Shown one piece after another: positions 9,867-18,832 of a stretch of 64,000 bases of DNA; the first letter of the stretch is position 1, and each line of letters starts with the position of its first letter. Source of the DNA: Lentisphaeria bacterium (GTDB taxonomy: Bacteria > Verrucomicrobiota > Lentisphaeria > JABSQK01 > JAWLHB01); contig JAWLHB010000007.1 in NCBI GenBank assembly GCA_041690595.1, positions 186,001-250,000 of the forward strand, written 5' to 3'. A program made the translations under genes and the position numbers. The notes beneath the pieces were generated by a model. The model worked only from the letters and a program-made list of their open reading frames with translations. It was not told the origin of the DNA and did no database searches.

Positions 9867-10601
9867 TCAATTCACGACGGGATTGTTGTGCGGGTTCTGC
9901 CCGCGACAGTGCCAGATCTTGAAGCTGCTGTTCGCCGGATGATCGGGATTGAGCTTCATCTGTTGTGAAAAATAGCGCATCGTGTAGCCACAGCGGCGGC
10001 GGTCGCCGCGGTTTGGATCGGCGCCATGAATGAGCCGCGAATCATGCAGCGAGCACTGGTTGGGCGCCAATTCGAAGTAGACGGCCTTGCTGTTGTCGAT
10101 GCCGGGGATCTCCGACCCGAAGAGGTTGTCGGCCGTGTCTACCTGCACATAGTCGCTGAAACCGTTCACGTGTGTTCCCGGGATCACCTTCATGCAGCCA
10201 TTGCCGCGGTCGGAGGCATCCAGGGCCAGCCAGATCGTCACGATACCGGTGAAGGAGTCGAACCGGCCGTTCCAGTAGGCGGAATCTTCGTGCCAGGGAG
10301 TCGCTCTGCCGACCGCTGGTTCCTTGCAGATGAAATGGCTCGACCACAAGCCGATGTCCGGCCCGATCAGCGGCTCGACCAGATTCAGTGCCGCGTCGTC
10401 CATCAGGAAGTCCAGCAGCCGCGCATCGTGGAAATGGGGGGTATCCAGTTGATCCGCCCGCAGGTCGCCCTTGCTGGCCAGGTGCTCTTCGAAGATGGCG
10501 CACAGTCGCTCGAAGTCTGGCTTCTCAAAGAGCGGTTGGCGGTAAAGGTAATAGCCATTTTTGCGATAGAAGTCGACGGCGTCGGCAGTCAGGGTTGGCA
10601 T
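9867..10601 (-). CDS. Phytanoyl-CoA dioxygenase (PhyH) family Fe(II)/2OG dioxygenase
   Basis: TPWHEDSAYW (HxD), NGCMKVIPGTH, IHGADPN...RR; GGAG RBS before ATG 10601. Confidence 0.9.
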   Translation of the reverse strand: MPTLTADAVDFYRKNGYYLYRQPLFEKPDFERLCAIFEEHLASKGDLRADQLDTPHFHDARLLDFLMDDAALNLVEPLIGPDIGLWSSHFICKEPAVGRATPWHEDSAYWNGRFDSFTGIVTIWLALDASDRGNGCMKVIPGTHVNGFSDYVQVDTADNLFGSEIPGIDNSKAVYFELAPNQCSLHDSRLIHGADPNRGDRRRCGYTMRYFSQQMKLNPDHPANSSFKIWHCRGQNPHNNPVVN

Positions 10602-10755
10602 GATGAACTCCAAGTATCCTCTTCAGGATATTTGATATCGATACAGGTAAGATGGGTTTGAGGTGCATATAGTATAGGCACAAAGGCGAATGAGATCTTC
10701 CGCCGTTCTGAGATTTTCTTCCGCTTATTTGATGCAGGAGCCAGATTTTCCCCTT

Positions 10756-11589
10756 ATGCTCAACGTGCTTCATTTTGCCGATTTCGTCCAGTCGCCCGAG
10801 CTATTGCATTTTGCCCGCACAACCTTCACGGGGATGCGCGACAATCCGCACACGCACGACTTTGCGGAGATCTTCTGGATCGAGTCGGGGCGGGGCACGC
10901 ATCTGGTCAACGAGACACAGCAGCCTCTGCAGCGTGGGCATGTCATTCTGGTGCGGCCGGCGGACCGTCACGACTTCCGCAGCCATGACGGCGAGTGCAT
11001 GACGTTAACGAACTTGGCCTTTCCCGCCGAAATCCTCACGTCGCTGCGCGAGCGCTATGCAGCCGAAAGCCCGCTGCTTGCCGGTCTTGACGAGCCGTTG
11101 CCACCAGTTGCCCGCGCGGCCCCCACGGTGATCGCCCGTCTTCTCGCCGCGGCACAGGAGTTGCTTGACCAGCGACACTCACGCCTGCAACTCGAAAGGT
11201 TCCTCCTCAATCTGCTTCATGCGGTCGATCGTTCGCGCTTGCAGGCGGAGGATCCGGCCGTTCCGGATTGGCTCGCCGACGTGATCGAGACGGTTCGGGA
11301 ACCGCTGCACTTCCGCCGGGGGCCGACCCATCTCGCCCGGCTTGCCGGTCGCTCTCACGAACATGTGGCGCGGGTCATCAAGCGCTGTCTCGGTCTGACT
11401 CCTACTGGCCTGCTCAACCAGCTACGCCTCGATCATGCCGCCAGGCAACTCCTCATGACCGATGACGACATCGCCGCCATTGTCCTCGACGCCGGGTTCG
11501 GCAGTGTCGGCCACTTCTATGCCTGCTTCCATGAACGCTTCGGCGTCACGCCGCGCCAGTACCGCCTCCAGCAGCAGCTACTGCTGTGA
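10756..11589 (+). CDS. AraC-family transcriptional regulator (cupin + HTH, ChbR-like)
   Basis: PHTHDFAEIFWIESG cupin; GFGSVGHFYACFHERFGVTPRQYR. Start may be 10690-10756. Confidence 0.9.
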   Translation: MLNVLHFADFVQSPELLHFARTTFTGMRDNPHTHDFAEIFWIESGRGTHLVNETQQPLQRGHVILVRPADRHDFRSHDGECMTLTNLAFPAEILTSLRERYAAESPLLAGLDEPLPPVARAAPTVIARLLAAAQELLDQRHSRLQLERFLLNLLHAVDRSRLQAEDPAVPDWLADVIETVREPLHFRRGPTHLARLAGRSHEHVARVIKRCLGLTPTGLLNQLRLDHAARQLLMTDDDIAAIVLDAGFGSVGHFYACFHERFGVTPRQYRLQQQLLL

Positions 11590-11591
11590 CG

Positions 11592-14500
11592 CTATGAGTT
11601 GAACAGGCGCCTGATGTACCAACCGAGGCAGCGCGCGGCATGGGTGATCGGCGGGGTGCTGGGACGGGTCAGGCGGGCCGCCACGCGGCAGGTCCAAGTG
11701 CCATGACGGCGCGAACCGCAGGTTGTACCCAGGCGCTTCGCGAGCGTGGCAGCTTCGGTGACGGAAACGGCTCGCATCAGCTCGGCGCAGAGGGTGAGGA
11801 ATTCCGGGATGCCCGTCATCGTGCCCATGTACCACTGATCGGGTTCGCCCTCGTCCTGGAGCAGGGAGCGGTAGTGATCGTAGTTCTGGAGGAAGGATGC
11901 GTCGTCCTTCAGGCGGAGGCAGGCTGCGCCAAGGGCGCTTGCCAGGTAGCGGGCGGTATGATCGGGCGCCAGTTGACGCAAGGCCTCGGCGGCATTGTCG
12001 CGAATGGCGACCTGCAAATCGGTCCTCCCGCCGAGATCGTTTGCGAGGAGACGGTGCAGGACGATGAGGTAATTGCAGACGGCAAACATACCGACTCCAC
12101 GCCGCTCGCGCCATGACCGCAGGAAGTCGCGCGCCTGCTTGTCGTTCGTCTGCATCAGGAGTCGGCCGATCACTTCCCAGACCGGCGTCTCGCGTTCCAC
12201 CAACTCTCGATGCGCCTTCCACCACGCAATGCCTGCCGCCGTCTGTTCGATGGGGACCAAGCCTTCCAGCAGGACGGCACGATGCAGCGCGCCATCCCAT
12301 TCCACCCCATCGAGCAGGCTGACGAAGAAGAGCAGGGTCTTTGCCCGCAGTTTGTTCCCTCTTCCCGACATCCCAAAGGTGGCTGCCCACGTGATCTTCT
12401 CTTCGGTTACGATGGTTTCCTGAACGTGCTTCAGTACTCCCAGGCGCAGCCGATCGCCGCCGGCAAGGTGCTGGCGGACCAAGTCGAGTACGGCGGTGGC
12501 GCCGAGTGCCGCCAGCAACTCGTTGTAGAGCGTTTCTTCGGGCCAGAGATCGTCGTCCCCCGGCATGGTAAAGACGGTTGCGGCCAATGCCCGCAGCTCG
12601 TCGAGTCGCTCGAAGTGGGCGCAGATGCGGCCTTTGCGGGCGAGGAGGTAGGGGTTGTGGTCGTGGAATCGTTCCGCTTTTTCGAGGACACGCGACGCTT
12701 CGTCCTGGCGGTTCTCCTCCCAGAGTCGATCGAAGCGTCGCAGGTAGAGCGGCAGCTCGCGCGGGAAGTCTTCCAGCAATTGATCCCATTCGGGAACCAG
12801 CTTGGACGGGCGCCGGCCGGCAACCTCCAGCAGGTCGAGTCGTCGGGCGCGCAGCTCCGGCTGATCCAGCAGGGCGGCCGGCGTTTCGGCGAAGAGCGCT
12901 TCGATGCGCTCCTTGTCCTCATCGTCCGAAAGCCAGAGCATCAGCTCTTTCCAGCCCCACGTGTACCATGGCGCCTGCCGCACGACCTCCATGAGGGCGA
13001 CGACAGCTTCTTCGCGCCGTCCCTGCCGGCGGTCGATCCATGCCAGGCGCCCGTGCGCCACGGAAGGATCGCGCTGCCGTTCGATCTGCTCACGGATCAC
13101 CTCGCGGGCATCGTCGTGGCGGTGCAGGGCGACCAGCAATTCCGCCAGTTCGTCGGCGGCCTCGTACAGTCCCGCGTTGAAGGCGAGGGCCTGCCGCAGG
13201 GCATGTTCGATAGCGGCGGGCTCGTTGTGAAGGCGGCTGCGGCGCAACGCTCCAGCATAGATCTGCCAGCAATACGCTCCTTCGGGGAAGATATCGGTTC
13301 CCTGACGCGCCACCTCGACCGCGGCCTCGTCATCGCCGATGTCGAAGAGGCAATCCAGGAGGATTTCCCGCAGCTGCATCGATTCCGGCATGGTGTCCAC
13401 GGCTTCCCGCAGCACCTTTACCGCTTCGATGATTTCGCCATTCTGCCAGAGGAACTGGGCCAGCCGCTCGCGGGCCTCTTCGTCCAGAGGATCGATGCGA
13501 ACCGCCTCCCTCAACAGGGCCAGCGGCTCTTCATTCTGGGGATTGCCCTGCCTCAGCAGGAAGGCCAAGCGCAGCCGCGCCTGGTTGAAGCAGGGGTACC
13601 GCGCCAGCAGCTCCCGCCACACGGCGACTTCCTCGGCTTCATTGACCAGGATGGCATGGGCCCTGGCCAGGGAGATGCGCAGATCGCGGTGGTCGGGGTA
13701 GGCCTGAATCGCTTCGCGAATGATGGAGATCGCGCGTGCCGCGTCGCTTCGTCCTTCGCCGGCCTCCAGGAGAACATCCGCCTCGGCTTCCAGAAGTTCG
13801 GGATCACGGGTGGCCTGCTCCCGCCACCGTTTCACGGCCTCCAGCGCCGCCTCGCGGCCGAAGCGCTGTGCGATCAGCAGCGCCAATCCTCTGGCTCCAT
13901 GGAGATGACCGATGCCGCTGAGCAGGGAGGCTTCCAGGCGTGCCTGCACGTCAGCCTGACGGTCCGGCCCCATGGTGGTGCTGACCTCCCACGCCTGGCG
14001 ATAGGCGATGGCATAGTCCGGTTCCACCTCGATTGCCTGCAGATAGTAGCCAAGGGCGGCCTCGCGATCTCCATCCGCTTCGGCGATGCGGCCCATGAGC
14101 ATCAAGGTCACTTCATGGTCCGGGCAAGTTCGCTGGCAACCGCGCAGGGCCTCGTCGACTTCTCCGCGCCTGGGGTCTTCCGAGCGGATGGCCAGATAGC
14201 CGACCTCATCCATGAGTCGGTGGGCGAGTTCACGCCAGGCCCACGCATCGTCCGGATTGCGGGCGAGGCGTTCCCGCAGGAGCGGCTTGATCGCATTGTC
14301 CCGATAGAGGCGTCGCAGCCAATCGAAGACCATGTACTCGAATTCGTCATGACCGGGATAGTGCAGCTGAAGGTGCTGTGCGCGCGAGAGAGCTGCCTGG
14401 CGCCCATCACGTTTGGCGAGAAAGCTCAGGTAGAGGCCGTTGGGGACGGTGCCATCCGGCACTTCCGCCAGCCATTCTTCGCAGCTTGCCATGGCTTCCC

Positions 14501-16835
14501 GCCATTGGCCGGCGGCATCCAGGAAATAGGTTCTGATGTCGAGGTGCAGGAGTCGATTGCCGGTCTTCTCCAGCGCATCGAGGCAGTGGCGGGCCTCCTT
14601 CCATTCGCCGCGGCCGACATGATAGCGCACGCCGTAGGCGAGTAGTTCATCGTGATCGGGGTGGGTCGCCAGAACATCGCGCATGAGTGAGTCGGCGCGC
14701 CCGGGATAGCCATACTGCAGGAGCGCGTCGATCAGCGTTGTCCAAGTGACCGCACCACGTTCACGCGATTCGTAGCGTTCGGCTCGTTCACGCAGCCAGG
14801 CGAGCCCTTCTTCTTCGCGGCCCAGTTGGCGCATCACATCGGCGTAGGCGGCGGCATAGTGGTCATGCTGGGTCATGAGGGAGGCGGCGATGCGAAAGGC
14901 GAGTGCGCCTTCCGCAAATCGCCGTTGGCGGCTCAGTACATCCCCGAGGACATGGTAAGCTTCCGCTTCCAGCGGCTCCCGCTGGATCGCCTTGTGAAGG
15001 AGGGTGAGCGCTTCATCCGCTTGATCGGCGGAGAGGCTGATCAGATCGGCGTACTGGCAGACGTAGTGCGCCGGAGGGTAGCGCCATGGCTCTCCCACGT
15101 GGGTTCCCATGAGCAGCTTCTGATGGACCAGTTCGCCCAGAACTTCGCGCCGACGGGCGGTATTTCCTACTCGATGCAGATAGAAGACCAGGAGTCGCCG
15201 GATAGAGAGGCAGCGAGGAAACTCCTGAAGCATGCGTTGCAGGATGTCGATGGCGTCGCCGATTCTGTCCGTGCCGGCCGCGTGCATGGCCTGGAGGTAG
15301 TGGGTTGTCGGGTCATCGGGCCAGGACGCCGTGAGCCGGTCGAGGATGGGGGTTCCCGCCAGCACTCCTTCGCGCTCGATGGTCTTGATGTACTCATTGA
15401 AGGCGGTGAGAGGATCACAGGCGGCCGGCGGCAGGATCTCCAGCCGCGACGCCTGGTCGGCCGGCACAATTGCCATGGCCTTTGGGCCGATCGGCGCCTC
15501 GTCCGCGCCGATGGCCTCACGGCGGAGTCGCACCCATCGTTCACGCGAGGGGTCATGCACGATCAGGGAATCGGTCGCCCCGTCCAACCCCATGGCCGTG
15601 GTGGCATGGGCACTGGCGTCCCATTCCATGCCGAAGATGAAGGGGATACCGGCCTGGAGCGTTGCCTGGATCAAGTCGTCGGTGGCGATGAAGTGGCGTA
15701 CAGCATAGCCGCGCTCGATCAACCAGTTGGCCGCGTCCCAACTGGGCGTGCCGCCGAAGGTCAAGTCACGAGCCAGCTCTTCCACGTCGATGGTCTCTCC
15801 CAGGCCGCCCAGGGCCGCACCGATACTGGCCGGGAGGCAGGTGTTGTGCTTCTGATAGATGCTGGCGATTGGCAGGACAAAGAGTTCGCTGTCGGGGGTC
15901 TTCTCGAGGCGCTCGAGGGTTTCGCGCACGAAGGGCAGGGCGCGGTCGCGCGGCAGGTCGCGCAGGAGGTCGGTTTGGCCGGAAATCAGGGCTACGTCGA
16001 GCTTTGCCAGGGCGGGCATCATGTGCAGGTCGCGCTCGGCGAGAGGTGCCACCTCGAGCATGCGATCGGCCAGGCGCAAGGCCTGCTGACACCAGGTCTC
16101 ATGGCTGGCTGGATAGCTGCGCTCGGCCATGACGAGGTTGTACCAGCAGGCCATCTGGGCCACTTCGCAGCTTTGTCCTGTCAGAGCCTGGTGGCCCAAT
16201 CGGGTCGCGGCCTCTTCGAAACGGCCCAGCTTGGCGAGGGCCCGCCCGAGTGCCGCTGCCGCTGCCGGCATGCCGGGCATTGCGGCCCATGACCGCTCCG
16301 CCTCTTGCAGCGCCTCATCCCAGCGATCGTCCGCCAGCAAAACCTGGGCGGCGCACGAATCCACCCAGGCAGTCTCCACGTGCAGCTCGCGCGCCTGCTG
16401 AATCAGGCTGTTGGCCCGGGTCATATCCCGGACCATCAGCCAGTTTATGGCCTGGTAGGCGAGCCAGGAGGCTTGCAGGGAGGTATCCGTGGTGGCCAGC
16501 AACGGCGCGGCGTCGAAATCGCGCAGCAGCGCGTAGAGGTCCTGGCCACCGCGCAATGCATGGCCGCAATAATACCGCACCAGCGGATGCTCCGGGGCGC
16601 GGCGGTACGCTTCCCGGAAAAGGTGGCGGGCCAGCTTGACGCCACCAAGCCGATGGGCCAGGCGTCCCGCCATGACCAGCTCTTCCATGGACAACCGAGC
16701 TACCAGCTCGGGCCGGCCCCAACAGCTTGCCGTCAGCTCGTAGGCGTCTACGAAGCGACTCTGATCATAAAGCGCCTCCACCTCTTCGAGGGTTGGCAGA
16801 TCCCGATGGTTGGCCAGTTCCGGCATTGTCTTCAC
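11592..16835 (-). CDS. Large TPR-repeat protein with an embedded C39-like (papain-fold) peptidase domain
   Basis: 1747 aa, many TPR-like helices; YQKHNTCLPAS...AHATTAMG...IVHDPS gives a Q/C/H/D set. Confidence 0.75.
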   Translation of the reverse strand: MKTMPELANHRDLPTLEEVEALYDQSRFVDAYELTASCWGRPELVARLSMEELVMAGRLAHRLGGVKLARHLFREAYRRAPEHPLVRYYCGHALRGGQDLYALLRDFDAAPLLATTDTSLQASWLAYQAINWLMVRDMTRANSLIQQARELHVETAWVDSCAAQVLLADDRWDEALQEAERSWAAMPGMPAAAAALGRALAKLGRFEEAATRLGHQALTGQSCEVAQMACWYNLVMAERSYPASHETWCQQALRLADRMLEVAPLAERDLHMMPALAKLDVALISGQTDLLRDLPRDRALPFVRETLERLEKTPDSELFVLPIASIYQKHNTCLPASIGAALGGLGETIDVEELARDLTFGGTPSWDAANWLIERGYAVRHFIATDDLIQATLQAGIPFIFGMEWDASAHATTAMGLDGATDSLIVHDPSRERWVRLRREAIGADEAPIGPKAMAIVPADQASRLEILPPAACDPLTAFNEYIKTIEREGVLAGTPILDRLTASWPDDPTTHYLQAMHAAGTDRIGDAIDILQRMLQEFPRCLSIRRLLVFYLHRVGNTARRREVLGELVHQKLLMGTHVGEPWRYPPAHYVCQYADLISLSADQADEALTLLHKAIQREPLEAEAYHVLGDVLSRQRRFAEGALAFRIAASLMTQHDHYAAAYADVMRQLGREEEGLAWLRERAERYESRERGAVTWTTLIDALLQYGYPGRADSLMRDVLATHPDHDELLAYGVRYHVGRGEWKEARHCLDALEKTGNRLLHLDIRTYFLDAAGQWREAMASCEEWLAEVPDGTVPNGLYLSFLAKRDGRQAALSRAQHLQLHYPGHDEFEYMVFDWLRRLYRDNAIKPLLRERLARNPDDAWAWRELAHRLMDEVGYLAIRSEDPRRGEVDEALRGCQRTCPDHEVTLMLMGRIAEADGDREAALGYYLQAIEVEPDYAIAYRQAWEVSTTMGPDRQADVQARLEASLLSGIGHLHGARGLALLIAQRFGREAALEAVKRWREQATRDPELLEAEADVLLEAGEGRSDAARAISIIREAIQAYPDHRDLRISLARAHAILVNEAEEVAVWRELLARYPCFNQARLRLAFLLRQGNPQNEEPLALLREAVRIDPLDEEARERLAQFLWQNGEIIEAVKVLREAVDTMPESMQLREILLDCLFDIGDDEAAVEVARQGTDIFPEGAYCWQIYAGALRRSRLHNEPAAIEHALRQALAFNAGLYEAADELAELLVALHRHDDAREVIREQIERQRDPSVAHGRLAWIDRRQGRREEAVVALMEVVRQAPWYTWGWKELMLWLSDDEDKERIEALFAETPAALLDQPELRARRLDLLEVAGRRPSKLVPEWDQLLEDFPRELPLYLRRFDRLWEENRQDEASRVLEKAERFHDHNPYLLARKGRICAHFERLDELRALAATVFTMPGDDDLWPEETLYNELLAALGATAVLDLVRQHLAGGDRLRLGVLKHVQETIVTEEKITWAATFGMSGRGNKLRAKTLLFFVSLLDGVEWDGALHRAVLLEGLVPIEQTAAGIAWWKAHRELVERETPVWEVIGRLLMQTNDKQARDFLRSWRERRGVGMFAVCNYLIVLHRLLANDLGGRTDLQVAIRDNAAEALRQLAPDHTARYLASALGAACLRLKDDASFLQNYDHYRSLLQDEGEPDQWYMGTMTGIPEFLTLCAELMRAVSVTEAATLAKRLGTTCGSRRHGTWTCRVAARLTRPSTPPITHAARCLGWYIRRLFNS

Positions 16836-16944
16836 TCTTTTATCGCTTTTCCGGATTTACGTATCCTGCAACGTGCCGCCGAGCGCCCCGACTGTCAAGC
16901 CGCATCCTGCCACTTCAGCAACAAAAAGAGTCTCCGGCCTGAGG

Positions 16945-18120
16945 CTAATCGCCGCGGCGGATGCTCTTGTCGCCGTACTTGGCGCGGATCCGATCGAGAG
17001 CATGATCCACCTGATCGCGCCGCTCGTCGCGGGCCACGGGATCGTCAAAGAGATCCGGTTGCACCAAGTGGTCCTGCGCTTGCGACTCGTCGAGAAGGCC
17101 GCTCACGCCGAAGCCGATGAGGCGCACCGGGCGAGGCTGCATGGCTTCCGCGAAGAGCTCCATTGCCAGATCGAGCAGCGTTTGATCGGCGTGGGTGGGG
17201 ATGGGCAGGGCGCGCTGGCGGGTGATGGTGGTGAAGTCGCTCCAGCGGAGCTTGAGCTGACCGGTTGTTCCCAGCATGCCATGCTTGCGCAGGCGCCGAC
17301 CGACCTTCTGGACCAGTTCTCGCAGGGTCGCCTCCAGGAGATCGCGGTCGTGGCAGTCGTCGCCGAAGGTATGTTCGTGGGAGATGCTCTTCTCGAGCAC
17401 ATCCAGCGCGATCTGGCGAGTGTCGCGGCCGAAAGCGAGTTCGTGGACATGGAGTCCGCCTTTATCGCCGAGCAGGCGAACGAGATGAGAGAGGGGCGCC
17501 TGCTGGAGATCGCCAATGGTGCGCAGGCCGACAGCATGCAGGCGCTCCGCCCCTTTCTCGCCGATGCCCCAGATGCGCCTTACCGGCAGTGGCGCCAGAA
17601 AGCGGGCAATCGCATCAGGATCAAAGGGGACCATCGTCAGGCCGTCGGGTTTGTTCATGTCACTTGCGAGCTTGGCAAGGAACTTGTTTGGGGCGACGCC
17701 GACGGAGGAGGTGAGGCGGGTCTCTTCCCAGATGGCTTCCTTGAGCTTGCGGGCTACGGCTTCGGCCCCGCCGAAGAGGTGCAGACTGCCTGTGACGTCG
17801 AGGAAGGCTTCGTCCACCGAAACAGGCTCCACGAGTGGGGTGAAGCGACTGAAGAGGGCGTGGATCTGCTGGGAGACGAGGTGGTACTTGTGCATGTCCA
17901 CCGGCACAAAGATGCCGTGCGGACAGAGCTTTGCCGCGGTGCGCGAGGGCATGGCGCTGTGCACACCGAAGCGTCGCGCTTCGTAGGAGCAGGTAGAGAC
18001 GACGCCGCGCCGATCACCCGCGGCGCCGACAATGACGGGCTTGCCCCGCAGCTCCGGATGATCGCGCTGCTCGATCGCCGCGAAGAAGGCATCCATGTCA
18101 ACATGCAGAAAAATAGCCAT
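16945..18120 (-). CDS. dinB: DNA polymerase IV
   Basis: FLHVDMDAFFAAIEQ, SYEARRFGVHSAMP, SVDEAFLD, NKFLAKLASD. Confidence 0.95.
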   Translation of the reverse strand: MAIFLHVDMDAFFAAIEQRDHPELRGKPVIVGAAGDRRGVVSTCSYEARRFGVHSAMPSRTAAKLCPHGIFVPVDMHKYHLVSQQIHALFSRFTPLVEPVSVDEAFLDVTGSLHLFGGAEAVARKLKEAIWEETRLTSSVGVAPNKFLAKLASDMNKPDGLTMVPFDPDAIARFLAPLPVRRIWGIGEKGAERLHAVGLRTIGDLQQAPLSHLVRLLGDKGGLHVHELAFGRDTRQIALDVLEKSISHEHTFGDDCHDRDLLEATLRELVQKVGRRLRKHGMLGTTGQLKLRWSDFTTITRQRALPIPTHADQTLLDLAMELFAEAMQPRPVRLIGFGVSGLLDESQAQDHLVQPDLFDDPVARDERRDQVDHALDRIRAKYGDKSIRRGD

Positions 18121-18133
18121 GACGCTTGGAAGG

Positions 18134-18775
18134 TCAGCCGTTCCAGGGCTCGTCGAGGCGCAGGACGGTCTTCATCCGTTGCGTATGCAGGATGGCCTGC
18201 AGTTCGGCGACGGCCTCCTCGACATCGTGGTTGACGATCAGGTAATCGTAGCGGCGCCATTGCGCCAGTTCCTCCAGCGCGTTCTGCAATCGACGGCGGA
18301 TGACGTCTTCGGCATCGGTGCCGCGGCCGCGCAGACGTCGACTCAACTCTTCCAGGCTTGGCGGCCCGATGAAGGCGAAGACGGCCATGTCGCGCCATGG
18401 GGGCTGATGGCATCGCTCGCGGATCTGCATGGCGCCCTGTACATCGATATCCAGGAGGACGTCGATGCCGTGTTCGACATGGCTGAGGACTTCGGCGGCG
18501 AGGGTTCCATAGTAGTTGCCGTGCACTTCGGCGTGTTCGAGAAATTCGCCCGCGGCTACCCGCGCCTCGAAAACTTCGCGGCTGACGAAGTGGTAGTCAC
18601 GGCCATCCAGCTCGCCCGCCCGAGGTGCGCGCGTGGTGCAGGAGACGGAGAAACGAATGCCGGGGGTCTCCGCCAGGAGTCGCTGACAGACGGTGGACTT
18701 GCCGGCGCCGCTGGGGCCGGAGGTCACCAGTACGCAGCCCCGGCGTTGCGCGTTTTGTTGAAGGTGTTGAATCAT
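18134..18775 (-). CDS. gmk: Guanylate kinase
   Basis: SGPSGAGKST, SCTTRAPRAGELDGRDYHF, HGNYYGT, LDIDVQGA. Confidence 0.95.
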   Translation of the reverse strand: MIQHLQQNAQRRGCVLVTSGPSGAGKSTVCQRLLAETPGIRFSVSCTTRAPRAGELDGRDYHFVSREVFEARVAAGEFLEHAEVHGNYYGTLAAEVLSHVEHGIDVLLDIDVQGAMQIRERCHQPPWRDMAVFAFIGPPSLEELSRRLRGRGTDAEDVIRRRLQNALEELAQWRRYDYLIVNHDVEEAVAELQAILHTQRMKTVLRLDEPWNG

Positions 18776-18832
18776 CCGCAAAGGTACGCCCTCAAGTTGT
18801 TCGGCGCAAATGCGGCTGGGCGGTCAGGGCGG

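Noticed and set aside
16945..18133. SOS mutagenesis cassette or LexA box at dinB
   Set aside because: dinB follows gmk by 13 bp; no imuA/dnaE2/lexA and no recognisable box.
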